Below are positions 55,906 through 64,000 of a DNA stretch of 64,000 bases, piece after piece. The stretch's first letter is position 1. Each line of letters opens with the position of its first letter. A program made the position numbers and the translations under genes. Source of the DNA: a virus (lineage: Duplodnaviria > Caudoviricetes); IMG/VR virus record IMGVR_UViG_3300032233_002382, positions 64,001 to 128,000 of that record. One strand, given 5' to 3'. The notes below the pieces were generated by a model. It searched no databases, had not been told where the DNA came from, and worked only from the letters and a program-made list of their open reading frames with translations.

Positions 55906-56362
55906 ATCCTTCTGCAAAGGCAAATATCTTGTGTTCCTTACCCTTAATCGAGCGAGATCCTAAGGACCCGTCCTTCACGATTTCAATCGGAACTGAAAAG
56001 GGTTTCCACTTCTTGTCGCCAGCTAACTTCCAATTTTTACCCTTGAACTTTAGAACGTCGACACTTGCGCTGTCGTTGGTTTCGGACATTGCTTTGTACT
56101 CCTTAGGTAATAGAGACACCACCTTCATAGGGTCTCTGGGTGTTGCCTGTTGAAGTATTTCAACAGGCTGAGCATAAAAAGAGTCGTCCATACACTGAAA
56201 TACCCCGAACTCCAACCCCTTGAATTTCTTCAATCCTAGAAAAGATTCATATCCGTTGGGCACATATGTTGGCCAGTATATCCAGTTAGAGGTAGGTAAA
56301 TCCCACGCTTTATCAGAGCATGAAAGACCCTCGCCTCTTTTTAAACTATACTTATCAGGCAT
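55886..56362 (-). CDS. Hypothetical protein
   Basis: GAGGT RBS; 158 aa. Confidence 0.6.
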   Translation of the reverse strand: MPDKYSLKRGEGLSCSDKAWDLPTSNWIYWPTYVPNGYESFLGLKKFKGLEFGVFQCMDDSFYAQPVEILQQATPRDPMKVVSLLPKEYKAMSETNDSASVDVLKFKGKNWKLAGDKKWKPFSVPIEIVKDGSLGSRSIKGKEHKIFAFAEGFIALPS

Positions 56363-56407
56363 ACTTACCTCACAGACCAGTTAATCTAATATCATACACT
56401 GACTACC

Positions 56408-56599
56408 ATGATAAGTCTAGGGCTAGCATTAACCATAATTGCGATTATATTATATGCTTCTAGTGTATTATATGTTAACGACGGAGAAAGCATTCCCACG
56501 TGCGGTGCTTGTTTGAATGAATACTACAAATGCCACTTAGACAAAGACCATCAGGGTCAACATCAATGCGATGATTTCGGGTCAGTAGTCAAATGGTGA
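56408..56599 (+). CDS. Small TM protein with Cys motif
   Basis: TM segment then CxxC...C.L..DH.G.H.C. Confidence 0.45.
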   Translation: MISLGLALTIIAIILYASSVLYVNDGESIPTCGACLNEYYKCHLDKDHQGQHQCDDFGSVVKW

Positions 56600-57092
56600 A
56601 CAGCAAGAAGATACTAAAATCGATTGTGGCGCCCTCATTATCCGTGGTAGGATTAGCTTCTATATGTAAGATAAGCTATACTAACCTCTGGATTATCTTT
56701 ATATTCTCAGCTGCATATAATTACTTGATTAGTGTCTTGTTAGGTATTGAATCGAATGATTAACCTTGCACCATGGGAATTAAGGGGATCGCTGCGCAGT
56801 CGCCAGACCGGTGGAAGGTCACGACTGGGCCGTTGGGGATCATCAACGGCATCCAAAAATGGGCCAGCCATTGATGTTGGTTTCGCGGTCGTGTTGTGTC
56901 GCTTATTCAGCGCTGGCCTCTTCCCGCGCCACTTTTTCGGCTTGCAGATCGATCCAAAATTCGCGTTTTATTATGCTTCTATGGAGTCGAGACCATGAGA
57001 TAAACCATCATATAATCTACAGTAAATTTCACTGTCATACTATCTTACCCTCCAACCCTCTAACCCCTAACTGGCAACTTTCTAGGAATCAA

Positions 57093-57533
57093 ATGGGCAA
57101 CAAATTGTTCGTAGGCAATCTCTCCTGGTCGGCTACTGAAACTGAACTTAAGTCACATTTTTCGAGCGTCGGAACCGTGAAGGACGCCCGTATCATGATG
57201 GATCGCGAAACAGGTCGTAGCCGTGGTTTCGCTTTCGTCACGATGTCTTCCGATGAGGAGGCAAACCGGGCCGTAGGCGAATTTCACGGTGTGATGTTCA
57301 TGGGACGCGATCTGATCGTGAACGAAGCTCGCGATCGTAATGCTCCCGGTGCTCCTCCTGCTGCTTCCATGCACCGCGAGTCGACTCACAGGCCGCGACC
57401 CAGACCCTCTGTTGATCAGGGTCATTTCCAGGACGCGCCAATGTTTGCGGAACCTCCTCCAGATCGCTCGCGTGGTCGTCGCTTTAACCAGAATGACCGT
57501 CGTAAGCGTGGTGGGTATGATGATTTCGAGTAA
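57093..57533 (+). CDS. RRM RNA-binding protein (bacterial Rbp type)
   Basis: RNP2 KLFVGNLS, RNP1 RGFAFVTM, DRETGRSRGF, L.VNEAR; R/G/D-rich tail; AGGA RBS. Confidence 0.92.
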   Translation: MGNKLFVGNLSWSATETELKSHFSSVGTVKDARIMMDRETGRSRGFAFVTMSSDEEANRAVGEFHGVMFMGRDLIVNEARDRNAPGAPPAASMHRESTHRPRPRPSVDQGHFQDAPMFAEPPPDRSRGRRFNQNDRRKRGGYDDFE

Positions 57534-57576
57534 GTGATCCGGCTTTTAATCCCTCATGGTATCATTAGGAGATACC

Positions 57577-58032
57577 ATGAGGGAAATCACTCTAAATTCT
57601 TATCCGTACGTTGTGAACGAGATTATACCGAATTTGTTTATGGGCGCGGCTCCTCCCATAAACGTTGACTATGACAAGTCATTCGGATGTTTAGTCCTGT
57701 GTGCGGCGGAGTATCAGCCTTCTTCTCATTGTTTCCCTGGTTTAGACGTGTTGAACTGTCCGTTTACTGACTCTGCCGATCCTATTAACGCAAGCATGTC
57801 TGATTTGATCGACCGAACTTCTCGCAGAGTAGCGGAAATGGTCAAGTCAAATGAACCCGTTCTAGTCACTTGTTTAGCTGGCCTGAATAGGTCTGGGTTA
57901 GTTACAGCTTTAGCGATGAGCAAATTTCTCAAACACGACATCAACAAGACGATCGGGTTGATTAAGAGTAACCGAGCCCCGGCGGCTTTGAGCAACCCAT
58001 ACTTTGTGTCGCTGTTAAAAAACGGATTCTAA
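57577..58032 (+). CDS. Dual-specificity protein phosphatase
   Basis: EIIPNLFMG, D, VLVTCLAGLNRSG (CX5R). Confidence 0.85.
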   Translation: MREITLNSYPYVVNEIIPNLFMGAAPPINVDYDKSFGCLVLCAAEYQPSSHCFPGLDVLNCPFTDSADPINASMSDLIDRTSRRVAEMVKSNEPVLVTCLAGLNRSGLVTALAMSKFLKHDINKTIGLIKSNRAPAALSNPYFVSLLKNGF

Positions 58033-58313
58033 TGTATACTTTGGTGCGTTTATTAGGGTATGGAATTGGTATTCTAAGTCTTAACGGGTCATTGTCGGAA
58101 CCTGCCGACATACTTGTCGATAATGGATTCCGAGTACAGGAACTACTGAAGATCGACGACAATCGATTCCTTTTTATGTGCGGGAACGGTCTTGAGCCGA
58201 CCGAATGGAATATTAGGCAGTTCGATAAAGATGAAATTAGCGAAATGCGATCATTCATTGAAGACCATGCAAGCGATGCTTTGAAATCTCGATTCGATCT
58301 TGTATTTAACTGA
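58032..58313 (+). CDS. Hypothetical protein
   Basis: TAATG coupling; 93 aa. Confidence 0.6.
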   Translation: MYTLVRLLGYGIGILSLNGSLSEPADILVDNGFRVQELLKIDDNRFLFMCGNGLEPTEWNIRQFDKDEISEMRSFIEDHASDALKSRFDLVFN

Positions 58314-58531
58314 CGGAAATTCCTGGCTTATGTATTTTCTCCCGTAGCTGGGAGAATCGATGGTCCATCAGTGGCGCTTAGTAGACGGTAGTAACATAGT
58401 CTATCGATGTGATCTATGCAAATTGTTCGGATATATTGATAGAGATTGTCCAGAAGGGCAATTTCGAATTGTACCTGCCGCTAAAGTGGAATGTCAAGTC
58501 GAAACCGCCCGAACTATCATGGAGGCGTAGA

Positions 58532-59452
58532 GTGTCCATTCGTCCTTTGACGTTGTCAGAGTATATTGGTCAGTCCGACATTAAAAACGCACTGGCTGTA
58601 TATCTATCCTCATCTCGGAAGACTAAGAAGCAGTTCGGTCATACACTTATTTATGGTCATGCAGGTCTCGGCAAGACTTCGCTTGCTTCGATCATTGCTA
58701 ACGAATTAGACTACGATTTTGTCAGCATTAACGGAACAAGCTTTTCGATCAAAGGCGAGTTGCTATCAGTACTTATGTCGTGTGCAGATAAACAGACCGT
58801 CGTTTTCATAGACGAAATTCACGCGGTAAAGACTCAGCTGCTCGAATGCCTTTATACAATTATGGAAGATGGATTTATTGATCTGACGGCTCCCGGTGAA
58901 AGTGTTCGATTCCATTTCGGTCCAATCACAATCATCGGGGCCACGACAGAAATCGGGTCTTTGCCGAAACCGCTACTCGATAGGTTTAGTCATAAACTCG
59001 AGCTTAATGCTCTGGATGATAACGAGAAATCTCAACTTATTCGAACGTTAGCGAATAAATCATCGATCCTAGTAGACGACTTGGCTGTAGAGATCTCGGT
59101 GACGAGGCTTTCGGGGATCCCTAGGGAGATCGTATCTTTCTTTGAGCGATGTGTTGATCATATGGTGTTTCTTGATAAGGATAGGATCGATCAGGATGTG
59201 GTGTTATCTACATTTAATACACTTGGAATCGACGGTGTAGGTATGGACAAAACCTGTCGAAAATACTTAAGAATTCTGGGTAGCTCGAATCGAATGGGAG
59301 TTAAATCTCTGGCTAATGCGCTCGGAGAATCAGTGTCGACTATCGAAAATGTCGTGGAACCAAAGTGTATGTCTATGGGATTCATTACTCGATCAATTAA
59401 CGGCCGCTCCATTACGGATAAGGCTAAGTCTTACCTTGCTACTCAAATGTAG
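58532..59452 (+). CDS. ruvB: RuvB-like Holliday junction branch-migration ATPase
   Basis: RP..L.EYIGQ, G.AGLGKTSLA.IIA.E, FIDEIH, E.LY..MED, IGATT..G.L..PL.DRF, G.PR, C-terminal winged helix; GGAGG before GTG 58532. Confidence 0.85.
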   Translation: MSIRPLTLSEYIGQSDIKNALAVYLSSSRKTKKQFGHTLIYGHAGLGKTSLASIIANELDYDFVSINGTSFSIKGELLSVLMSCADKQTVVFIDEIHAVKTQLLECLYTIMEDGFIDLTAPGESVRFHFGPITIIGATTEIGSLPKPLLDRFSHKLELNALDDNEKSQLIRTLANKSSILVDDLAVEISVTRLSGIPREIVSFFERCVDHMVFLDKDRIDQDVVLSTFNTLGIDGVGMDKTCRKYLRILGSSNRMGVKSLANALGESVSTIENVVEPKCMSMGFITRSINGRSITDKAKSYLATQM

Positions 59453-59460
59453 GATTCATT

Positions 59461-59754
59461 ATGAATGTCACTAATTTCACCATATCGTACGCCTTCGATT
59501 CCAATACATCAGGATTCCGTAAATCTAGCAATTTTGTATCTGTGACATTTTCTTTGCCTAACCCAGTCGACCCCGCTCAATTCGAACTGACTCGGTTAGA
59601 AGCTAGCAGGAAAGTGACGGTATGGGCCATACAAGACGCCGTAATGCGTGGAGAGATGTCTCAGTCGGACGCCAAAGAACGAATGGAAATACTTAAGCAT
59701 AATTTCGACGGAATGAGCGAATCGATTTCAAAAAAGGTGAACGCCAATGAATGA
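59461..59754 (+). CDS. Hypothetical protein
   Basis: AGGA RBS; 97 aa. Confidence 0.65.
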   Translation: MNVTNFTISYAFDSNTSGFRKSSNFVSVTFSLPNPVDPAQFELTRLEASRKVTVWAIQDAVMRGEMSQSDAKERMEILKHNFDGMSESISKKVNANE

Positions 59755-60511
59755 GCAGCTAACTCCCGAGAAGCTTTCTCAGATTCTCGACGAAGTCGGG
59801 TCCTATGAGATTAACTTGGAAGTGGACCCAACACTGCCTCATCTAGGTAACGCATATCTGCAAAAGGCTATATCGACCTGTCGAAATTACATGAACCGTG
59901 TTAATTATTATATGCAGATGGTTAAAATGCAAGAGAGGACTTTACGTACGGCTCTTAAGACTGCCGAGTTAGACTTTGATATGAAGATCTCTGAGAAGCT
60001 TGCGGATGATGCTTTGGTACGCAAACAACCCTCCATTGAGGATCGTAAGGCATTGGCCATGACGATGTTGCGCACAGAGCATGAGCTGGTTGCGACCATT
60101 AAATCGGATCTTCAGGATATCGAAGAAACAGGTAAACTCCTTAAGATGAAGTATGACCATCTTAAGGGAACTGTTGCCGATATAAAAATGCAGCGCAGCT
60201 TAGTAAAGGATGACGCAATTATTAGAATGGGTGGAGAAGATGGCTATTCTCGTCCTGTGATTAATCAAAACGGGACGGTTCCGAATGGGATGAGAGCTCC
60301 TGTTACTGCCGATCCAATCGATCCTAAGGACCTTCTTGATCCTAATAAGCGGCCCGAGCACATGCCAGAACCGCTAGATAATGCACATGCTCAAATGATC
60401 GCTAACTTTTTTAAATCGACACCGACACATCCAAACGCGCCTTCACCAAAACCGGGAAATGATGAAGAGAATGAAGTTAAATCGATTTCATATGAGGACC
60501 TTTTGTCTTGA
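59747..60511 (+). CDS. Hypothetical coiled-coil protein
   Basis: 254 aa; long heptads; Pro-rich tail. Confidence 0.7.
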   Translation: MNEQLTPEKLSQILDEVGSYEINLEVDPTLPHLGNAYLQKAISTCRNYMNRVNYYMQMVKMQERTLRTALKTAELDFDMKISEKLADDALVRKQPSIEDRKALAMTMLRTEHELVATIKSDLQDIEETGKLLKMKYDHLKGTVADIKMQRSLVKDDAIIRMGGEDGYSRPVINQNGTVPNGMRAPVTADPIDPKDLLDPNKRPEHMPEPLDNAHAQMIANFFKSTPTHPNAPSPKPGNDEENEVKSISYEDLLS

Positions 60512-61266
60512 AGATAATTTCTAAATTTACTGATTATTATGACGTAGCGCTCGGACTTGGGATCGATCCTAATCTCACGTATGTGCGGAAGACTGAAGAA
60601 CTCGAGCTGAAGACTCCTTATCATCAAAGAATAAGACATGACCGGTACATCCACAAGGGTGAGGTTATAGAGTATTTTGTAGGTCTTCTTAGCTTTTGCG
60701 GTGTGATTTATCCATACTACAAATTCACTAGGTCATGGATCGACAGGGATCTTGGTGGCTTACAGGTTCGTAAGTATGAAGACTACTATGCTTGGACTAA
60801 GGAGCAATATGTCGAGTATTTGACTAAATTCCCTCAGGACCCCAACAGATACTCAAAGTGGTGGTCCGGGAATATGCTTCCAGAAAAAAGCGCCGGTATG
60901 TGGGGAGGCAATTACCACAACCATTTTGAATCCGTGGGTCAATCCGACCACTCGTTGCACATCGATTGCAAAACTCCTATCATATTATTCGATTCCCGCA
61001 CACAATCCATGTCAGGTAAACGGTTTATTCCGCCAAAATATACGTGCATTCTGAACCCTAATCTTAAGCAGATTCAGTTCTCTAAAAGGCTTGAAGCGCT
61101 TAAAGCTTACCAGGAAATTTCAATGTACGTTGGTGGTGTGCTGCCTCGTTCGGGTCGAGAGATGGTCGAGATATCAGACGTCGATAAACGAGATAAGCAC
61201 GGATTTGATAACTCTTCGTTTAAAACTAGTTCACCTGGCAAAAAAGCCAACCGTCGCAGTAAATAA
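60508..61266 (+). CDS. Hypothetical phage protein
   Basis: TTGA overlap; 252 aa. Confidence 0.7.
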   Translation: MKIISKFTDYYDVALGLGIDPNLTYVRKTEELELKTPYHQRIRHDRYIHKGEVIEYFVGLLSFCGVIYPYYKFTRSWIDRDLGGLQVRKYEDYYAWTKEQYVEYLTKFPQDPNRYSKWWSGNMLPEKSAGMWGGNYHNHFESVGQSDHSLHIDCKTPIILFDSRTQSMSGKRFIPPKYTCILNPNLKQIQFSKRLEALKAYQEISMYVGGVLPRSGREMVEISDVDKRDKHGFDNSSFKTSSPGKKANRRSK

Positions 61267-61292
61267 CCGCCCTGTGGGCATCTGGAGGAAAC

Positions 61293-63590
61293 GTGAAGTC
61301 ATTTAAAATCAACGACAAGCTTACTTTGGTACAGCATGAGCTCGCATTCAAGGAACCTCCGAAGAAAGTCGAGCAAAAGACTCATCATATTGCGGTAATT
61401 GACTGCTCAGGTAGCATGACCTGGGACTTGCCTAAGGTTCGTGATCAGCTTAAGAAGAAGCTGCCAAAGCTGCTTAAGGATTCCGATACCGTTTCAATCA
61501 TTTGGTTCAGCGGCAAGGGAGAGTTCGGAACCCTCCTAGAAGCAGAGGCGGTCTCGTCTCTTACAGATCTTAAGAATGTTAACTCTGCTATTGACCGGTG
61601 GCTCAAGCCCGTGGGTCTTACGGGTTTTAAGGAGCCTATGGAGGAAGTATCGGCTCTTGTCGATCGTATCCAGAAGAAGGATAGTGATGGCGTCTTCTCG
61701 CTGATGTTTATGAGCGACGGACAGGACAATCAATGGCCGAAGGATCAGATCATTAAGGCAGTCGAATCATCTTCCGGTAAACTAGCGTCCGCTACGTTTA
61801 TCGAGTATGGATATTATGCGGATCGACCGACTCTGACTAAGATGGCTGAGGCGGCCGGTGGCGCTTTAGTGTTTGCTGAAGATTTCGATAAATTCGACCC
61901 TGTTTTTGATGCTGTTATTCAGAAGAAGATTTCGGGCAAGCCTAAGATCGAGGTGAAGCTTGACTTTAAGCCGATTCGTGATTTTGCATTTGCTCTTTCT
62001 GATGGTGAGCTCATTAGTTACGGTGTGGATGGTAGCAGCGTGAAGATTCCGGAAGACTCGTCTGCCGTGTGGTATGTTGCCGAGAGCGTTACCGGGTCCG
62101 AGAGTATCGATGTTCAGAGCAATGACCCGTCCGTGTCGGCGCTTTATGCTGCAATCTCGCTTTACAGCGTCCGTATGGCGCCAGACATCGTTTTGCCGCT
62201 CCTCAAGACGTCAGGTGATGTCACATTCATTGATGCTTTTGGTGGATGCTTCGGGAAGCAGAAATATAGCGAATTCATGGACATGACGAAGGCTGCAGCC
62301 TTTGATAAGAGCAAGAGACTAGTCGAAGGATATGATCCTAACAAGGTGCCCGCTGATGATGCTTTTACCGTTCTTGATGTGCTTAACGCTCTGGCAGATG
62401 ATGAAGGTAATAAGCTGCTTCTCGACTCTCCCGAATTTAAGTATACAAAGATCGGTCGCGGACGAGTCGATGCCGATGAATCGCTTACCGCAGACGAGCA
62501 GAAGCAGATAGAGGATCTCACGAATCAAATGACTGCTACCAAGGACCCTAAGAAGGTGGCAGAGCTAGCTGCTCAGATTGCATCTATTACGGCCAGCAAG
62601 AAGCCCGCGCTCAAGTTCGTATCGCAGCCATCACCTGATGGATACTCGATCAGTAACCTCACTTATAACGAAGATCGTCCTAATATCTCGGTATTGGTGC
62701 GTAAGGAAGGAACGGTTGATGTCTCAGACCGTCTTCCTACTTCGCTCGAAGGAAAAATCCCGAAGCAGTTCCCCACTTCGATCTATCGGAATTATGCGAT
62801 TCTTAAGGACGGTTTGGTAAACGTTTCGCTTTTGCCTGTAAAGCTTACCCCCAGGACAGTTACCAAGCTAGCTAACGCAGTGTCGACCGGAAAGGCGCCC
62901 AAGGAAGCATTCGAATTCAACCCGAATGGTGCGAGCAAGATCCACCTTAATAAGTTGCCGGTTATTAACCGTCAGATGGTTAAGTCGATCAGCGCCAGGA
63001 CCTTCTTCGAGACCCAGTGGGAACTGCTGAAGTCTCAGGCAGAAAAGAAGGTATTCGACTCATTTAGCAAAGAACTATCACCCGAGAAGAAGAGCGAAGG
63101 GTTTGTGGCTCTTTATGGGGATGAGGGGGCTGCTTGGCTTAAAGAGAACGGCTTCACGGACTTCGGTTTTAATCCTAAGTCAGTGGTCGCGGAATCGACC
63201 GACTTTTATATGGGCAAAGAACTCAAGGCTTCTATAAAGGGGTATTCGACGATCCCAAGCCTTAAGGACCTTCGTGGACAGATGGCTAAGGGTAAACTCA
63301 ATGGTCCTGGAAGTCTCATGAAGCCCTTCTTCGACGAAGCCGAGAAGATCTCCACCGGAACTGCACCGCTTGAGGAGCGTATCGCTATCCTTAATGAGCG
63401 CGGTCGTCAGGCGAAGTCTCGTTCTAACGGCTTCATTCGGAAGATCGCTGCTGACACATTTACCATTGTCGTCGGTCAGGTTTGGCCTTCTGAGTGGGCG
63501 AGCATTGACGATAATACCATTCAGCTGAATCTAGACGGTAATTCGGTTGAGTGCAAGCTTGAATCTAAGGAAGTACAGGTTAAGATTTAG
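61293..63590 (+). CDS. vWA-domain protein
   Basis: MIDAS IDCSGSM, T, FMSDG.DN; GGAGG before GTG. Confidence 0.8.
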   Translation: MKSFKINDKLTLVQHELAFKEPPKKVEQKTHHIAVIDCSGSMTWDLPKVRDQLKKKLPKLLKDSDTVSIIWFSGKGEFGTLLEAEAVSSLTDLKNVNSAIDRWLKPVGLTGFKEPMEEVSALVDRIQKKDSDGVFSLMFMSDGQDNQWPKDQIIKAVESSSGKLASATFIEYGYYADRPTLTKMAEAAGGALVFAEDFDKFDPVFDAVIQKKISGKPKIEVKLDFKPIRDFAFALSDGELISYGVDGSSVKIPEDSSAVWYVAESVTGSESIDVQSNDPSVSALYAAISLYSVRMAPDIVLPLLKTSGDVTFIDAFGGCFGKQKYSEFMDMTKAAAFDKSKRLVEGYDPNKVPADDAFTVLDVLNALADDEGNKLLLDSPEFKYTKIGRGRVDADESLTADEQKQIEDLTNQMTATKDPKKVAELAAQIASITASKKPALKFVSQPSPDGYSISNLTYNEDRPNISVLVRKEGTVDVSDRLPTSLEGKIPKQFPTSIYRNYAILKDGLVNVSLLPVKLTPRTVTKLANAVSTGKAPKEAFEFNPNGASKIHLNKLPVINRQMVKSISARTFFETQWELLKSQAEKKVFDSFSKELSPEKKSEGFVALYGDEGAAWLKENGFTDFGFNPKSVVAESTDFYMGKELKASIKGYSTIPSLKDLRGQMAKGKLNGPGSLMKPFFDEAEKISTGTAPLEERIAILNERGRQAKSRSNGFIRKIAADTFTIVVGQVWPSEWASIDDNTIQLNLDGNSVECKLESKEVQVKI

Positions 63591-63661
63591 ATTTCAAGTG
63601 TAAAATCCAAACGGCGATTAAGCCAACCGGGCGGTATAGCCCACCAGCGAAGGACGGTACG

Positions 63662-64000
63662 ATGTCAGAGATCATGGAATTCGGGTTCGACGACGGCAAG
63701 GTCATCAAGAACAATGCGATCGAGAACTGGAAGCAGACGCGCCCTGGAGAGAAGTCTCGAGTCTCCATCATCAGCTACAAGAAGTTTTCTGATGGTGTTC
63801 TGGCTCAGAAGGCTCGAGATAAGGGCGCAGCTCTTACTGACGCTGAGAAGGCAGACTTCATCAGCAAGATCGACAAGAAGCTGGCGGAGCAGCTTGGTAA
63901 GCCGGTCGAGGCGCTTACTGAGGTGGATCGCCTCGATATTAAGGCACCTCGTTTTGCTTTCGCTTACACCCATTATCGCGACGGCGTCGGCTCTATCCGT
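63662..64000 (+). CDS. Truncated gene, possibly a ssDNA-binding or replication protein
   Basis: AAGGA RBS; open to the window end (MSEIMEFGFDDG...). The function is a guess from context only. Confidence 0.55.
   Translation, partial: MSEIMEFGFDDGKVIKNNAIENWKQTRPGEKSRVSIISYKKFSDGVLAQKARDKGAALTDAEKADFISKIDKKLAEQLGKPVEALTEVDRLDIKAPRFAFAYTHYRDGVGSIR

Noticed and set aside
59747-60511. UvsY-like recombination mediator call
   Set aside because: Only a generic coiled coil near RuvB; no diagnostic motif recognised.
1-64000. Eukaryotic giant virus, cellular chromosome or stop-codon recoding
   Set aside because: Shine-Dalgarno sites, coupled operons, RuvB and endolysins indicate a bacterial host; the hypothetical-rich, fibre-bearing content favours phage; genes are full length under the standard code using all three stops.

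Overview
The window is best read as a 64-kb segment of a very large (jumbo) bacteriophage genome. Support: dense Shine-Dalgarno-led genes, tRNAs, a tail fibre, collagen-like fibres and two peptidoglycan hydrolases; no capsid, terminase or polymerase gene is visible here. A MYXO-CTERM-like sorting signal, an RRM protein and several very GC3-rich genes suggest a high-GC, possibly Myxococcota, host (inference). Layout: (1) 1-1.1 kb, tRNA cluster (Leu-UAA, Ser-GGA, Leu-CAA) with a hairpin-rich non-coding segment. (2) 1.1-19 kb, mostly hypothetical genes plus a MoxR-type AAA ATPase, a DUF2201/vWA protein, Fe/Mn SOD, BRCT, ParB-like and PurB genes. These are organised by about 13 copies of a fixed-spacing motif GGAA(G/A)TC-N12-CGT(C/T)-N5-GGTGGG and by long hairpins. 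(3) 19-20.4 kb, strand-skewed non-coding DNA. (4) 23-38 kb, AT-rich glycosylation island with nine glycosyltransferase-like genes (a tenth lies at 47.4 kb), GalE, a three-gene UDP-L-6-deoxy-HexNAc pathway and a 2OG-Fe(II) oxygenase. (5) 39-46 kb, collagen-like proteins and a 1424-aa fibre. (6) 45-55 kb, lysis and cell-envelope genes, including a TSP3/MYXO-CTERM protein and a barrel/OmpA-like partner. (7) 55-64 kb, HNH, RRM, dual-specificity phosphatase, RuvB-like and vWA genes. The most unusual signals are two apparent protein address labels: a shared C-terminal ~19-aa helix (h-x-x-h-M-x-x-stop) on about 10 otherwise unrelated proteins, and a shared N-terminal [KR]IA leader on 6 others including SOD. 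All family assignments come from motif recognition by eye, not database searches.
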